A DNA stretch of 64,000 bases, taken from NCBI GenBank assembly GCA_964653655.1, contig CAZZHG010000009.1, positions 11,301 to 75,300 of the forward strand. The letters are read 5' to 3'. Position numbers and translations under genes: made by a program. Source of the DNA: an uncultured Pseudobdellovibrionaceae bacterium. GTDB lineage: Bacteria; Bdellovibrionota; FAC87; UBA2466. Positions within the stretch are counted from its first letter, which is position 1. Each line of letters begins with the position of its first letter. Positions 46,031-55,670 of the stretch are shown here, piece by piece. Under the pieces are notes generated by a model, which saw only the letters and a program-made list of their open reading frames with translations, had not been told where the DNA came from and did no database searches.

Positions 46031-48430
46031 CTATTCGTTCGAAATCGAGAGGATCAGAAACGCTTCCAGCACGTCGGGACCCTTTGCCGTCGAGGTCGGA
46101 AGTGTGTCGGCGAGTCTCGCGATCATGTTCAGGGGATAATCCACCCGGCCCCTCCACAGGTCGGTGAACCGCGAAAGGATGCTCGCGCGCTGAGACCGTT
46201 TTACGCGGGCGTCGTCGAGAGTTTCTATCGCGTGCCCCCGGACGGATTCCACTTTCCGATTACCGATCAAAATGCGCTTCAGCTCGGGCTTTTCATAAAG
46301 GCCGTACATCTGAAACAGAGCGTGCCGGGCCACCAGCGGATCTTTGTCGGCGACGAGCGGCATGAAGATCTGCCTGAGCGCCTCTGCGCGGGTGAGTCCA
46401 GGGAGTTCAATCTTAGCGTCCAGCACCATTCGCATCGTCAGCGCAACCTTCATTCGGGTCGAGGCCTGCTCGGAGTTCAGTTCTTTCTTTAGCTGGGCCG
46501 CGACGCTCGATCCCCACGCCGAGTAGTCCAGCCCATCCACCCGATTGTTCACCATATCGTCCCACAGCGCCTGGCTGCCGTAAGGCGAGGGCTCCTTGTA
46601 ATCGCCCGCAAGCCGATCGGAGACTTCCGCCATCCATTCCAGAACCGCCGTGGGATTGACGTGGATGCCGAGCTGCTCGCGGTGTGAGGACCAGCGGCGC
46701 ATCATCGCCTCGATCTCGCTGATCAGAATCGTGTGGATTCGTCCCCGGCGCAGATCAGCCTCCGCCTTCCTTCGCATCCCCGAGGTATTTTTGAGCGCGG
46801 AGAGGGCGGTGGCTACTTCGGCGGGCGTGAAATGCATCTGCAAATGGGCGAGGGACGTGGCCCTGACGGCGAGAGAACTGTTGCCGAGGGTGGGGATCAA
46901 ATATTTGTTCAGGAGGTTGTTGCGATCCAGAGGGGGCTGGCTTATCCCGAGCTCGAGCATCTGGCCCACCATCGCGAGGACCACTACCTTCTTGTTGCCG
47001 CTTTGATTCTTCTTCAGGAACGCCTGCATCACAGCGTCGATACGTTGAGGAATGTCGGAGCGATCCTCGGCGCGGCCGGCGATCTGCCACTTCCGGGAGG
47101 GGTCGGCCTCGGCTTCCGCGCGTTTCTTCTCGAGCAGATCCTGACGGTGAGCCAGGCGGATTAGCCCCACGGCGGAAGCGGCCACGACGTCTCCGTGTTC
47201 CGAGTTGAAGCCTCTGATTAGCGCTTCGAACGACTCGACGACTTCCGCCCCGCCGAGAGTCTGACCGAGGTCCCTTTGCCGGCTTCCCAAGTCGACGTTT
47301 TCCGACCGCGGCAGGGTCCCTCGGACGAATCGGTTGTGGTAGTCCTCCATCCTTTCAGGATGGAAAATGATGGGGACCCACTTGGTTCCTTCCTTTTCGA
47401 TTTCCGGGGCGTCCTTGTCCCTAAGGAAGGTCATCTGGTGACCACCCATGTGATACCCGTTCAGAAGTTCCCAGCCCCAGTTCAGATCGTTCAGGTACAT
47501 CTTGCGGGAAACGGGATCGGCGTAAGCGTGGAAGGAGATGCCCTTGTAGTTGACGAGATCGTCTTTCCCGTCGAACGCCATTCGCAGATCCTGCAGGTGA
47601 AGGTCGGCCCAGATTTTTCCGCGTAAGTCTTTGGGAAGGGTTTCCTCCACGACGAGCGCCCCGATCTCGACTTGCATTCCGGTCTTGATCCCGCGGGTTT
47701 CGCCTTCCGGAAGGACTGAACCGCGTGGCAGATCGATGCCGAGGTAATCCGCTTCGGGTAGCGTTTTCGGCGGTTTCGGAAGCGATTGGTCGTTGGGGTC
47801 GATCTTCGCTCCGGGTTCGCGGAATCCGGCGACGGGACCATAGTGTTTTTCCACGAGCATTCCGTCGGCGACGAGCTGCCCGTTCTTGAAACCATACGGA
47901 GCGAGAATATACCGCTTGCCGCCGACGACGGTGTTGGTGGCTTTGTCGGTGATGACTACGTAGACCGAGTCGTTGAGATACTCCTCCGCCATGTTCGTCA
48001 GTTTTTTGCGGAACTCCGGCCCCCAGTTGCGGCGTTTTTCGTATTTGTCGACGGTGAGGTTCACGACCGACTTCGCCAGATCGAGATGCCACTTCCTGAG
48101 CTCGTTATAGAAGCTGTTGGAAACCTTGCCGGAGCCGTTGTTTCCGGAAAGCCCCGGAGTCGGAGGGCCCTTTCGGACTTCGCGCCGAACCACACGAGTC
48201 ACGACGGATCCCTCTAGCGGATACTCCTCGACGACCAGTACTTCGTGCCACGCCTGTCCGTTGATGACGTGGCTTCGGTAGAGAAACTCGTCTTTGTAGT
48301 AGTCGAGCGTGGGACTTCCCACGCGCGCGATCGCGCCCCCGCACGAGGGTAGCCAGAAGGGCGGCTGAAACGCGTAGCTAGGCCCCTGGACGAAAAGAAA
48401 AAGGAGGATGAGGACGCGTAGCAGCATCAA
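46031..48430 (-). CDS. Large (799 aa) secreted protein of unknown function with a possibly alpha-helical repeat C-terminal half
   Basis: Signal peptide MMLLRVLILLFLFVQGPSYA. No recognisable catalytic motif. Confidence 0.45.
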   Translation of the reverse strand: MMLLRVLILLFLFVQGPSYAFQPPFWLPSCGGAIARVGSPTLDYYKDEFLYRSHVINGQAWHEVLVVEEYPLEGSVVTRVVRREVRKGPPTPGLSGNNGSGKVSNSFYNELRKWHLDLAKSVVNLTVDKYEKRRNWGPEFRKKLTNMAEEYLNDSVYVVITDKATNTVVGGKRYILAPYGFKNGQLVADGMLVEKHYGPVAGFREPGAKIDPNDQSLPKPPKTLPEADYLGIDLPRGSVLPEGETRGIKTGMQVEIGALVVEETLPKDLRGKIWADLHLQDLRMAFDGKDDLVNYKGISFHAYADPVSRKMYLNDLNWGWELLNGYHMGGHQMTFLRDKDAPEIEKEGTKWVPIIFHPERMEDYHNRFVRGTLPRSENVDLGSRQRDLGQTLGGAEVVESFEALIRGFNSEHGDVVAASAVGLIRLAHRQDLLEKKRAEAEADPSRKWQIAGRAEDRSDIPQRIDAVMQAFLKKNQSGNKKVVVLAMVGQMLELGISQPPLDRNNLLNKYLIPTLGNSSLAVRATSLAHLQMHFTPAEVATALSALKNTSGMRRKAEADLRRGRIHTILISEIEAMMRRWSSHREQLGIHVNPTAVLEWMAEVSDRLAGDYKEPSPYGSQALWDDMVNNRVDGLDYSAWGSSVAAQLKKELNSEQASTRMKVALTMRMVLDAKIELPGLTRAEALRQIFMPLVADKDPLVARHALFQMYGLYEKPELKRILIGNRKVESVRGHAIETLDDARVKRSQRASILSRFTDLWRGRVDYPLNMIARLADTLPTSTAKGPDVLEAFLILSISNE

Positions 48431-48463
48431 TAGGCTAAGGGTTCTTAACTTTATCGGCAGGCT

Positions 48464-49123
48464 CTAGGCTCGACGGGAGGGGTTTACGGCCAGGCCTATA
48501 CAGCCCTGGACCATCTGCAGGCGAAACTCGTCATGCTCCGCGTAAAGAGTCTCGGTCGTGGCGGTGACTATGCATCCGGTGATGAGCACTTGGATTTGTT
48601 TCGCGCGGCCTTTTAGATTGTCGGCCGCGAACACGCCGGCTTCGGCTCCTTGCTGAAGCAGCGCCGTGATGCGCTCGTGCCCCATGGTCACGAGCTCGGT
48701 GTTCAGCGCGCGCATCTTCGGATCCACTCCGCAGTAGTAGTAGAAAAGGTTCCATACGCGCTGGTGGGAGGGATACTCCTTCACCCACGCGATGGCGGAG
48801 TCGACGTAAGCGATGAGCCGCTCCATCGGCTCGTTCTTATCTTTAAAAGCTTGGATGGTGTACTGCTGATAGTTGAGGCGGATGTACTTCACCGCCATCT
48901 CGAACACTTCGTCTTTGTCTTTGAAGTAATGCTGAATGAGAGGGCGGCTGATCTTGCACGTCTTCGCGATGCTTTCGTACGTCGTGTTCTCGACCCCGAG
49001 GGAAATGTAATTCTTGATCGCGCCTTCGATGATCTGAATCATGCGTCTTTGCGCGCGGGACGGCAGCAGAGTGAAGAGCTGCGAGTAGACCGCGGCCTGG
49101 CGCTGATTAAGGCTCCGCTGCAT
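48464..49123 (-). CDS. TetR/AcrR-family transcriptional regulator
   Basis: N-terminal HTH (TTYESIAKTCKISRPLIQHYFKDKDEVF) typical of TetR. 219 aa. Confidence 0.7.
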   Translation of the reverse strand: MQRSLNQRQAAVYSQLFTLLPSRAQRRMIQIIEGAIKNYISLGVENTTYESIAKTCKISRPLIQHYFKDKDEVFEMAVKYIRLNYQQYTIQAFKDKNEPMERLIAYVDSAIAWVKEYPSHQRVWNLFYYYCGVDPKMRALNTELVTMGHERITALLQQGAEAGVFAADNLKGRAKQIQVLITGCIVTATTETLYAEHDEFRLQMVQGCIGLAVNPSRRA

Positions 49124-49205
49124 GTATTCAGTTTAATTCATCCGCCACCCACTTGAATACAAGTATCTGTTTTAATCGTTTAATTTCATATTCTTATCAA
49201 GATTA

Positions 49206-49223
49206 ATTTGCATTAATGCAAAT
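49206..49223. promoter_or_regulatory. Perfect 18-bp palindrome ATTTGCATTAATGCAAAT in an AT-rich divergent region. Candidate TetR operator
   Basis: Read directly. About 83 bp upstream of the tetR start, in a long (~630 bp) intergenic region. Confidence 0.45.
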
Positions 49224-49756
49224 GGTAATTTACACTTTTGAATATAGGGAATTGAGTTCGTAGCTGACCCGCAAGCGGGCCCTGAAGCGGAAGTTGACGT
49301 AAGTGGAAGCGGCAAAAAGGGGCGCGGGAAGTGACGATTGCTCGGGAGCTGTCGATTGAAAACGTGGAAGCGGAACGTTGGTTAATCGAAGGTCGGTCGA
49401 TAGCTCTCGAGCCACTGTCTTCTGAGAACGGGAAGGTTATCCGGCGGTACTGTGGAGTTTCTGACTCTCCTACCCCCCAAGGCATTCCAGAGTGCCGCCG
49501 GATAACCGGTCCTGAAATACCGGGGAAAAATGGGCTTTGAATTCGGAAATCCAAAGAAGACCACGCGATCCGCTGAAGAGATCGACGAGTTGAAGAACGA
49601 AGCTCTCGCCGACGAGCCCGTGCGCCGCCGGCGCGAAGAGTCCGCCAAAACGGACGGCAGGCCCCAGACGCCAAAGTCCGATGTAACCGAGCCGGAATCC
49701 AAGTAACCTCCTCTCAAGCCAAGCCCCTTAAAAGCCGATCCTGTAGGGGGGGATCC

Positions 49757-50878
49757 ATGAAGCTTTTCACTCTTTCCGTTTCCATTCTTTTCACCACGAG
49801 CCTCTTTGCCGCCGATTCGGTACTGTCGTTGTGCAACCACAACACGGACCGCGCGGTTTACTCCGCGCACCTCAAACCCAAAACGGGCGCCGGTTGGCAA
49901 TCGTCCGGCTGGTACAAAGTGGAAGCGGGAAAGTGCACGGATCTCAACCTCGGTACCTACGTCGGAAAAGTCTTTCTATACGCGCAAGACGAGCTGAACG
50001 AAGCGACGTGGGGAGGAGGCCCGGTGAAGTTTTGCGTGAAGCAGGGCGCCGCTTTCTCCTTCAATAACGCCGACACGATCCCCTGCACCGAAGCCGGTCA
50101 GCTGAAAGTCGCTTCCGACGAAGTGAGCGTGGCTCCGGGAAAGACCACTTGGGATATCCGGCCCAACTTTTCGCAGCTGAGCCTTTGCAACCGAAACCTC
50201 GATTACTCCGTCTACGCCTCTATCGCGAGGCCGGTGAACGGAAAGATGAAATCCAAAGGCTGGTACGAAGTCGCCGCGGGGGCGTGCAAGACGCTCACCT
50301 TCGGAAACTACTCCGGCCCCGTTTCCTACTTCGCTTCCCACAATCAGCTCGTGTGGGATGGCCCGGCAAAACCGGTCTGCGTGAACCGCACTCTCGCTTT
50401 TGAAATCGACGACGCCGACGATGCCACGAAATGCACTGGCACCGGGCTTCAGATGATCCATCCCCGCGAGGTGAACGTCGTGACGGGTCTCACTTCCGTG
50501 GACCTGGAAGCGAAAACGGCGGAAGCCGTCCTTTCGGTCTGTAACGAAACGGACAAGGAACTTTTTTCGAGCCGGGCTATTTCCTCCGGAGACGGCCTCT
50601 GGGCTTCCTCCGGCTGGCTGAAGCTCGCGCCGAAGCAGTGCGTGGCCTCCAACCTCGGCGGCTACCGCGGTCCACTCCATCTTTACGCGGAATGGAACCT
50701 CGGCGAGGTTTACTGGGGCTCGGGCCCATTCAACTTCTGCGTCCACCGAACCCAGAGCTTCCAGTTCTCCGACGGAGCGAACGAGGCCATGTGCAACTCC
50801 GACATCGCCTATAAGATGGTGCCGTCGTTCCCGATGGACGTAAAAGAGGGAAATAATACCTTCACGTTCCACCCCTGA
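49757..50878 (+). CDS. Secreted protein made of three tandem DUF1036 domains
   Basis: Signal peptide. Three ~115-aa repeats, each with LS.CN.....V.S..........S.GW......C........G....YA.....W.G....C.......F......C. Confidence 0.55.
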   Translation: MKLFTLSVSILFTTSLFAADSVLSLCNHNTDRAVYSAHLKPKTGAGWQSSGWYKVEAGKCTDLNLGTYVGKVFLYAQDELNEATWGGGPVKFCVKQGAAFSFNNADTIPCTEAGQLKVASDEVSVAPGKTTWDIRPNFSQLSLCNRNLDYSVYASIARPVNGKMKSKGWYEVAAGACKTLTFGNYSGPVSYFASHNQLVWDGPAKPVCVNRTLAFEIDDADDATKCTGTGLQMIHPREVNVVTGLTSVDLEAKTAEAVLSVCNETDKELFSSRAISSGDGLWASSGWLKLAPKQCVASNLGGYRGPLHLYAEWNLGEVYWGSGPFNFCVHRTQSFQFSDGANEAMCNSDIAYKMVPSFPMDVKEGNNTFTFHP

Positions 50879-50966
50879 TGCCTTTTCCGGCCACAGGGAA
50901 GGCCTCTACTCTCTTTACGCCTTCCGTGAATTTATTGTAAAAGTCCCCCAATCATCAGGGGGATCC

Positions 50967-51872
50967 ATGAAGCTTTGCCTAACGCTCGCGTTTGCCGCCG
51001 TCGTCGTCTGCGCCTCCAGTCGGGGGACCGAAGCAACGGGAAAATACAAGGACGTCGTCGATCGTCTGACGGCCCTCCAAAACCGTTTCGCCCGGGTGTC
51101 TCGGATTTTTTCCCTGGGCGCGAACGATGAAGGCGTCGAAATCCGCGCCATCCGCGTGAGCCTCACCCCGGCGGTGATGGATCGCAACAAGGTCGGCCAC
51201 GTTTTGGTCTCCACTCACCACGGCAACGAGCCCGACACTCCGGAGTTCACTCTCGGCTTTCTGGAAAATCTACTCGAGCGCTACGACGCTCCTGACGCCG
51301 CGAAGAACGAGCTGGCGGCCACGGAATATTACGTCATTCCGGTGCTCAACATCTCCGGCTACAACGCCGGCGAGCGCCACGAGCACGGAAAAGATCCGAA
51401 CCGCATTTACCCCGGTCCTTGCACCCCCACCCCCGCCGAAAGCCTGAAGAGCACGGACAACCTCATGAAGTTTCTCGCCACCCGCCCGTTCGCGGGCAGC
51501 GTGACGATTCACGGTTATCTGACCTCGCTGACTTATCCTTGGGGAATGTTCGCCGACGACTACAAGACTAAGGACGACGCGGCCTACGACCGTCTCATTC
51601 AGGATGCGGCGAAATACAACGGGTATCCAGCGGGCAACGGCGCGCTCATCCTCTATCCGGCCAACGGCTGTTACGAGGATTACGTGTATTGGAAGTACGG
51701 CTCGTGGTCGATGCTCGTGGAGATTGACTCGGGCAGCCCGGACGATATCCGGCAGACGATTCCCGCCGTCGCGAGTTTCTTTTCCAACATCAACCGCTCA
51801 CCGAGCGGGATGAATCAGTTCACCGCGAAGTGCGTGCCCGCGGTTCGTTCCGAAACGCGTACCCATGACTGA
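50967..51872 (+). CDS. Secreted M14-family zinc carboxypeptidase
   Basis: Signal peptide. Zinc ligands HHGNE and TIHGY. DPNRIYPG block. Confidence 0.7.
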   Translation: MKLCLTLAFAAVVVCASSRGTEATGKYKDVVDRLTALQNRFARVSRIFSLGANDEGVEIRAIRVSLTPAVMDRNKVGHVLVSTHHGNEPDTPEFTLGFLENLLERYDAPDAAKNELAATEYYVIPVLNISGYNAGERHEHGKDPNRIYPGPCTPTPAESLKSTDNLMKFLATRPFAGSVTIHGYLTSLTYPWGMFADDYKTKDDAAYDRLIQDAAKYNGYPAGNGALILYPANGCYEDYVYWKYGSWSMLVEIDSGSPDDIRQTIPAVASFFSNINRSPSGMNQFTAKCVPAVRSETRTHD

Positions 51873-52223
51873 TTAACGGGGCTCGCAGAAGAGCTCGATT
51901 TGTTGTGTCACGCTGTTTTCGAAGAAAGTCGCTTCCTCGACCGTCGGGTCGTAGCGGAGCTCGAAGTCTTTTCCGAAGTAATAAATCTCGGGGCCGTTCT
52001 CGTCGATGCGGGTGATTTCCGTCTCGAGGGGCTCCGCCGTGTCGGCGTAGCTGTGAGGGTAGACGGCGCCGAACTTCTTGCCGTCTTTCTCAAAAATATT
52101 CACGACCGCCGGATAGCCGTGGCCCGGCTCCTGCTCCGTGCACTGGAGCGTGATCTTCGCGTCGGCCGCGAAAGAGGGGGAGACGATCAGGGCCGCGAGG
52201 GCGGCGAAAAGAAAACGAGTCAT
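51873..52223 (-). CDS. Small secreted protein of unknown function
   Basis: Signal peptide MTRFLFAALAALIVSPSFA. 116 aa. Confidence 0.4.
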   Translation of the reverse strand: MTRFLFAALAALIVSPSFAADAKITLQCTEQEPGHGYPAVVNIFEKDGKKFGAVYPHSYADTAEPLETEITRIDENGPEIYYFGKDFELRYDPTVEEATFFENSVTQQIELFCEPR

Positions 52224-52330
52224 GGGACCTCCGTAGAAGTAGAGGCACCTTACCTCCTTTAGTGCGACGTCCCAAAGAAAAGGCGGCTTCCAGGCTGGGG
52301 GAGGGGAAAAGGCGTGAATTTCAGAGGGGA

Positions 52331-52369
52331 TAAAGAAAACCCCGCTGTGACCTATGTCACAGCGGGGTT
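52331..52369 (-). terminator. Rho-independent terminator: 14-bp stem (AACCCCGCTGTGAC / GTCACAGCGGGGTT) with a T-run on the minus strand
   Basis: Located immediately after the minus-strand OMP gene stop at 52389. Confidence 0.7.
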
Positions 52370-52388
52370 CCTTAAGAACAAGCGGACC

Positions 52389-52931
52389 TTAGATCGCGAA
52401 CGCCAGGCCGACCTGGGGGATCACGACGAAGGTGGAGCTGATGACGCCGAGGCGGAACTTCACATCGAGCTCGCTGTTCTGGCCGATGTCGAAGCGCGCG
52501 CCCGGGTTCGCGAGGAACGTGAAGCTCGCCGTGCTGCCGCCGCCCGTGAGGAACGACACGCCGACGCTCGCCCCGATCGTGGGGTGGAAGGTCGGGGTGG
52601 TGTCGAACTCCATCGTGTAGTTCGCGAGCACGGGGATGATCAGGTTGGTTCCGCCGCTGGTCTGCAGAAACAAGCCGACTTCGCCGCCGAGAAACATGCG
52701 GATGTCCGTGTTCAAGCGGGCGTGGATCATCATGTCGATTCCGGGAGCGGTGATGCCGCTGCCGAGCATTACGCCGGCATCGAGATCCATGATCCAAGGC
52801 GCGCTCGGACGGAAGAATCCTTCCGTGCTGCTCTTGCCGTCACGGGGAAGCCCCGCGGCGCTGGCGCTTTGCGCAATCACGAGGGTCAGGGCTGCGATCA
52901 GAGTGCTGAGGCGGTACATATTGCGAAACAT
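52389..52931 (-). CDS. Small outer-membrane beta-barrel protein (OmpW/OmpA-barrel-like)
   Basis: RBS AGGAGG. Signal peptide. Alternating amphipathic beta strands. C-terminal aromatic/hydrophobic GLAFAI. Confidence 0.5.
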   Translation of the reverse strand: MFRNMYRLSTLIAALTLVIAQSASAAGLPRDGKSSTEGFFRPSAPWIMDLDAGVMLGSGITAPGIDMMIHARLNTDIRMFLGGEVGLFLQTSGGTNLIIPVLANYTMEFDTTPTFHPTIGASVGVSFLTGGGSTASFTFLANPGARFDIGQNSELDVKFRLGVISSTFVVIPQVGLAFAI

Positions 52932-53024
52932 AGATCCTCCTAAGGATGCATCCAATTACTGGAGGGAAATGCTCCCTTAGACGGCTTCACTATTCAACAG
53001 GAAGGTGGGCGGGTATACCGGGGC

Positions 53025-53573
53025 ATGGCTCAGCCCTCCACGGTCTATCGTTTCAAAGTTGCGCTCTCCGACGTCGATCGGGGCTGCTACGAGGAGCTCG
53101 AGCTTCGGCTGGCGATGCACCCGTCGGAGTCGGTTCCCTATCTGCTGACTCGCGTGATTGCGTACGGGCTCAACTATCAGGAGGGCCTGAAGCTGACTCA
53201 GGGGATAGGAAACCCCGACGAGCCCGCTTTGGAGGTGAGAGATCTCACGGGCGCCGTGAAAGTCTGGATCGAGGTGGGCAACCCTTCCGCCCGCCGGCTT
53301 CACAAGGCCTCGAAAGCTTCGGACCTCGTTCGCATTTATACCTACCGAGATCCCGAGCTCATTCTGAAAGAGGCGCGCACGGAGACCATTCACAAGGTGG
53401 AGACCATCGAAATGTTTTCGCTGGCGCCAAAGTTTCTCACTGAGCTCGGCGAAACGCTGGAGCGGGACAATGCTTGGCAGCTGCTTCACACCGACGGAGA
53501 GCTGTCGGTCACCGTCGGCGGGAAAATCGTCCACGGCGAGCTCACGCGCCATACTCTGGGAAATCCCTCCTGA
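53025..53573 (+). CDS. yaeQ: YaeQ-family protein
   Basis: Conserved YaeQ N terminus (TVYRFKVALSDVDRGCYEELELRLAMHPSES) and matching length. Confidence 0.75.
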   Translation: MAQPSTVYRFKVALSDVDRGCYEELELRLAMHPSESVPYLLTRVIAYGLNYQEGLKLTQGIGNPDEPALEVRDLTGAVKVWIEVGNPSARRLHKASKASDLVRIYTYRDPELILKEARTETIHKVETIEMFSLAPKFLTELGETLERDNAWQLLHTDGELSVTVGGKIVHGELTRHTLGNPS

Positions 53574-53693
53574 CCGACGGAATACGGTAAGTCACTTCCG
53601 CAGCGTCAAATGTTTCGTCGAAAGGTGAGGCGCCCTCAAGGCAAGAATTTCGGCATCGACGTTGCAAATGGGATCTCACGCTTTGGGGTGCCT

Positions 53694-54644
53694 ATGAAAC
53701 GTTTTCTGCCTGTCTTCACTATAGCCGTACTTTGTTTCGCCTTGCGCTTGCCCGCCGACTCCGTCGACGGGCAAGGGCACGAGAACTCGCTTACCGCCGA
53801 GGGACGCGCCGCCATGGACTCCGGCGAATGGCAGGAGTGGTACAAGAAAAACGCGGCCCAGGCCCGGGGTGTGATGCAGAAGGCGGTGGAAAAATGCATT
53901 TCCGCCGGCCTCTCGTATCCGGACAGCAGGGTTCGCACGGCCCTGAAGGCGGACCCGTCCCTCGATATCGACACCCTCCCGAAGCGCCTTCTGCTCAGGG
54001 ATTTCTTCAAGAAGGCCCGTCACGGGATTTCGGAAGAGATGGCTGAGCTTCTGGTTCAGGCGGAAGAGGGAACCGTTCCCGAGAAACTTCCCGAGGGGTT
54101 TCTGGAGTCCACGCCCGACCTGCTGGGCGATGTGGCTTACGTCGCGGGCGCTTCTCACATCACACGTGGGTTCGATCTCGTCACCTGCATCGAGAACGGC
54201 ATGGTGGCGACGCTCAGTCTCTGGTACGAGACGATCGGACGCAAGATCGAGAGGCAGAATCGGATCGCCACGGACGCTCTCTCCCGCGATCGGGGAGCCG
54301 GCGGAAACCGGGCGGTACTTGCTTCGGAGTGCGCCGAGAATCTCGATAAGCCTTGCAAGGTCGACGTGAGCATTCAGTGCAATACCTACGTTCCGTTTCT
54401 TCAGCCCGATCCGATCGTAGTCCCCGCCGAGGGAATCTGCGTGGCCGCTACCCGAGTGAACATCTGCCAGCTCGACTCGACGAGACCGATTCACTGCACT
54501 TCCCGTTTCGGCTGGAAGTACCGCGTGGAAGTCCATTCCTACTCTGGCCTCGACAACGTCATGAACGTAAAGTGCCCGGGGACCTCGGGCTTCGCGAGAG
54601 ACTCCGTCTTTCGCAACAAGTGGAAATGCGAGCTTGAAAACTGA
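53694..54644 (+). CDS. Secreted Cys-rich protein of unknown function
   Basis: Signal peptide MKRFLPVFTIAVLCFALRLPA. C-terminal region with 8 Cys. Confidence 0.45.
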   Translation: MKRFLPVFTIAVLCFALRLPADSVDGQGHENSLTAEGRAAMDSGEWQEWYKKNAAQARGVMQKAVEKCISAGLSYPDSRVRTALKADPSLDIDTLPKRLLLRDFFKKARHGISEEMAELLVQAEEGTVPEKLPEGFLESTPDLLGDVAYVAGASHITRGFDLVTCIENGMVATLSLWYETIGRKIERQNRIATDALSRDRGAGGNRAVLASECAENLDKPCKVDVSIQCNTYVPFLQPDPIVVPAEGICVAATRVNICQLDSTRPIHCTSRFGWKYRVEVHSYSGLDNVMNVKCPGTSGFARDSVFRNKWKCELEN

Positions 54645-54662
54645 TCGTGCTATTCTAGGGCC

Positions 54663-55091
54663 ATGAAGTCTCGCAAGCTGTGGCTCGCGGTTTCGGCCGT
54701 CGCGGTCGCTTTGGTGATTTGGGCCTCTCTCGGCGTCCGCCGTCTGCGCAGCGAAAAGGTGATCGAGTACGGAGCCGGCCGCTTTCTCGTTTCCTCCGAC
54801 TACCTCAAGGACGCGTTCAACGAAGTTCCCCGCATGCAAAAGACCATTCAGGTGGGCCCCGGTACTCCGGCTGGGGAGGGGATGGCCTTTCAACTTCTGG
54901 ATCCGGCATCGCCGCTCTTCCGGCTCGGGCTTCGCAGTGGGGATGTCGTGCTCACCGTGAACGGCAACGGTCTCGACAAGGCCGCCGAAATTTTCGCCAC
55001 TCTCGAGAAGTTCGCCGACACCGGGGGAGCTCTCAAAGTTGAGATTCTGCGTTTCAACAAACCGCTCACTCTCTCCTACCGCGTTTTCTAG
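54663..55091 (+). CDS. Membrane-anchored PDZ-like protein (GspC/PilP-like)
   Basis: N-terminal TM. C-terminal GLRSGDVVLTVNGNGL PDZ-like segment. Confidence 0.4.
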   Translation: MKSRKLWLAVSAVAVALVIWASLGVRRLRSEKVIEYGAGRFLVSSDYLKDAFNEVPRMQKTIQVGPGTPAGEGMAFQLLDPASPLFRLGLRSGDVVLTVNGNGLDKAAEIFATLEKFADTGGALKVEILRFNKPLTLSYRVF

Positions 55092-55215
55092 AGCGATATC
55101 GTCGATAAATGACACGTTGAGTCGTGAGATCGGCTTTGACAGTGCGATGAGTCACTGCAAATGATGCGTCGTGATGATGGGGAATGATTTCCCGTCTTGT
55201 TGGAGGTTAGCTGAA

Positions 55216-55560
55216 ATGTCGAAAGTACTTTTCTCCCTGTTCTTCGTTGGCACGAGCGCCTTTGCCGCTCCGATTTTCTGCGGAAGCAAGTCTTCCGCGT
55301 ACCGCGTTGTGGTCTCTAACGACAACCGTAGCGCGAAGCTCGAGCACAACGGCAAGGTGACCGAGTTCGGCAAGCTCGAATGCCGTTACGCCAAGCAGCT
55401 GGTTTGCAGCTCTCCCCACGTGGCGGACGCCGGTTACCAGGCGACCTTCACCCGGAAGCCGCGCAGCAATGATTTGCTCGTGAAAGTCGACGAGATCTGG
55501 TTCGGCGGAACCCGTCCGCTCGTGACGCTGCCTTGTGTGGCGGCCCTGAACCATAACTGA
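55216..55560 (+). CDS. Small secreted protein of unknown function
   Basis: RBS GGAGG. Signal peptide MSKVLFSLFFVGTSAFA. Confidence 0.4.
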   Translation: MSKVLFSLFFVGTSAFAAPIFCGSKSSAYRVVVSNDNRSAKLEHNGKVTEFGKLECRYAKQLVCSSPHVADAGYQATFTRKPRSNDLLVKVDEIWFGGTRPLVTLPCVAALNHN

Positions 55561-55670
55561 GAAAGTTCGCGCGCCCGCCGGTGGCAACACCGGCGGGCGT
55601 TTCTTTTTTCCTCTGTACGAACGCTTACGCGTCCCTCATCTTGCTTACGGGTAATTGCAAAGGGGGGTTC

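Noticed and set aside
49748-50976. Cloning-vector contamination suggested by the BamHI-ATG-HindIII arrangement
   Set aside because: The flanking sequence is continuous native high-GC chromosome. The 19-mer occurs twice, in front of different native genes, and no vector backbone sequence is present.
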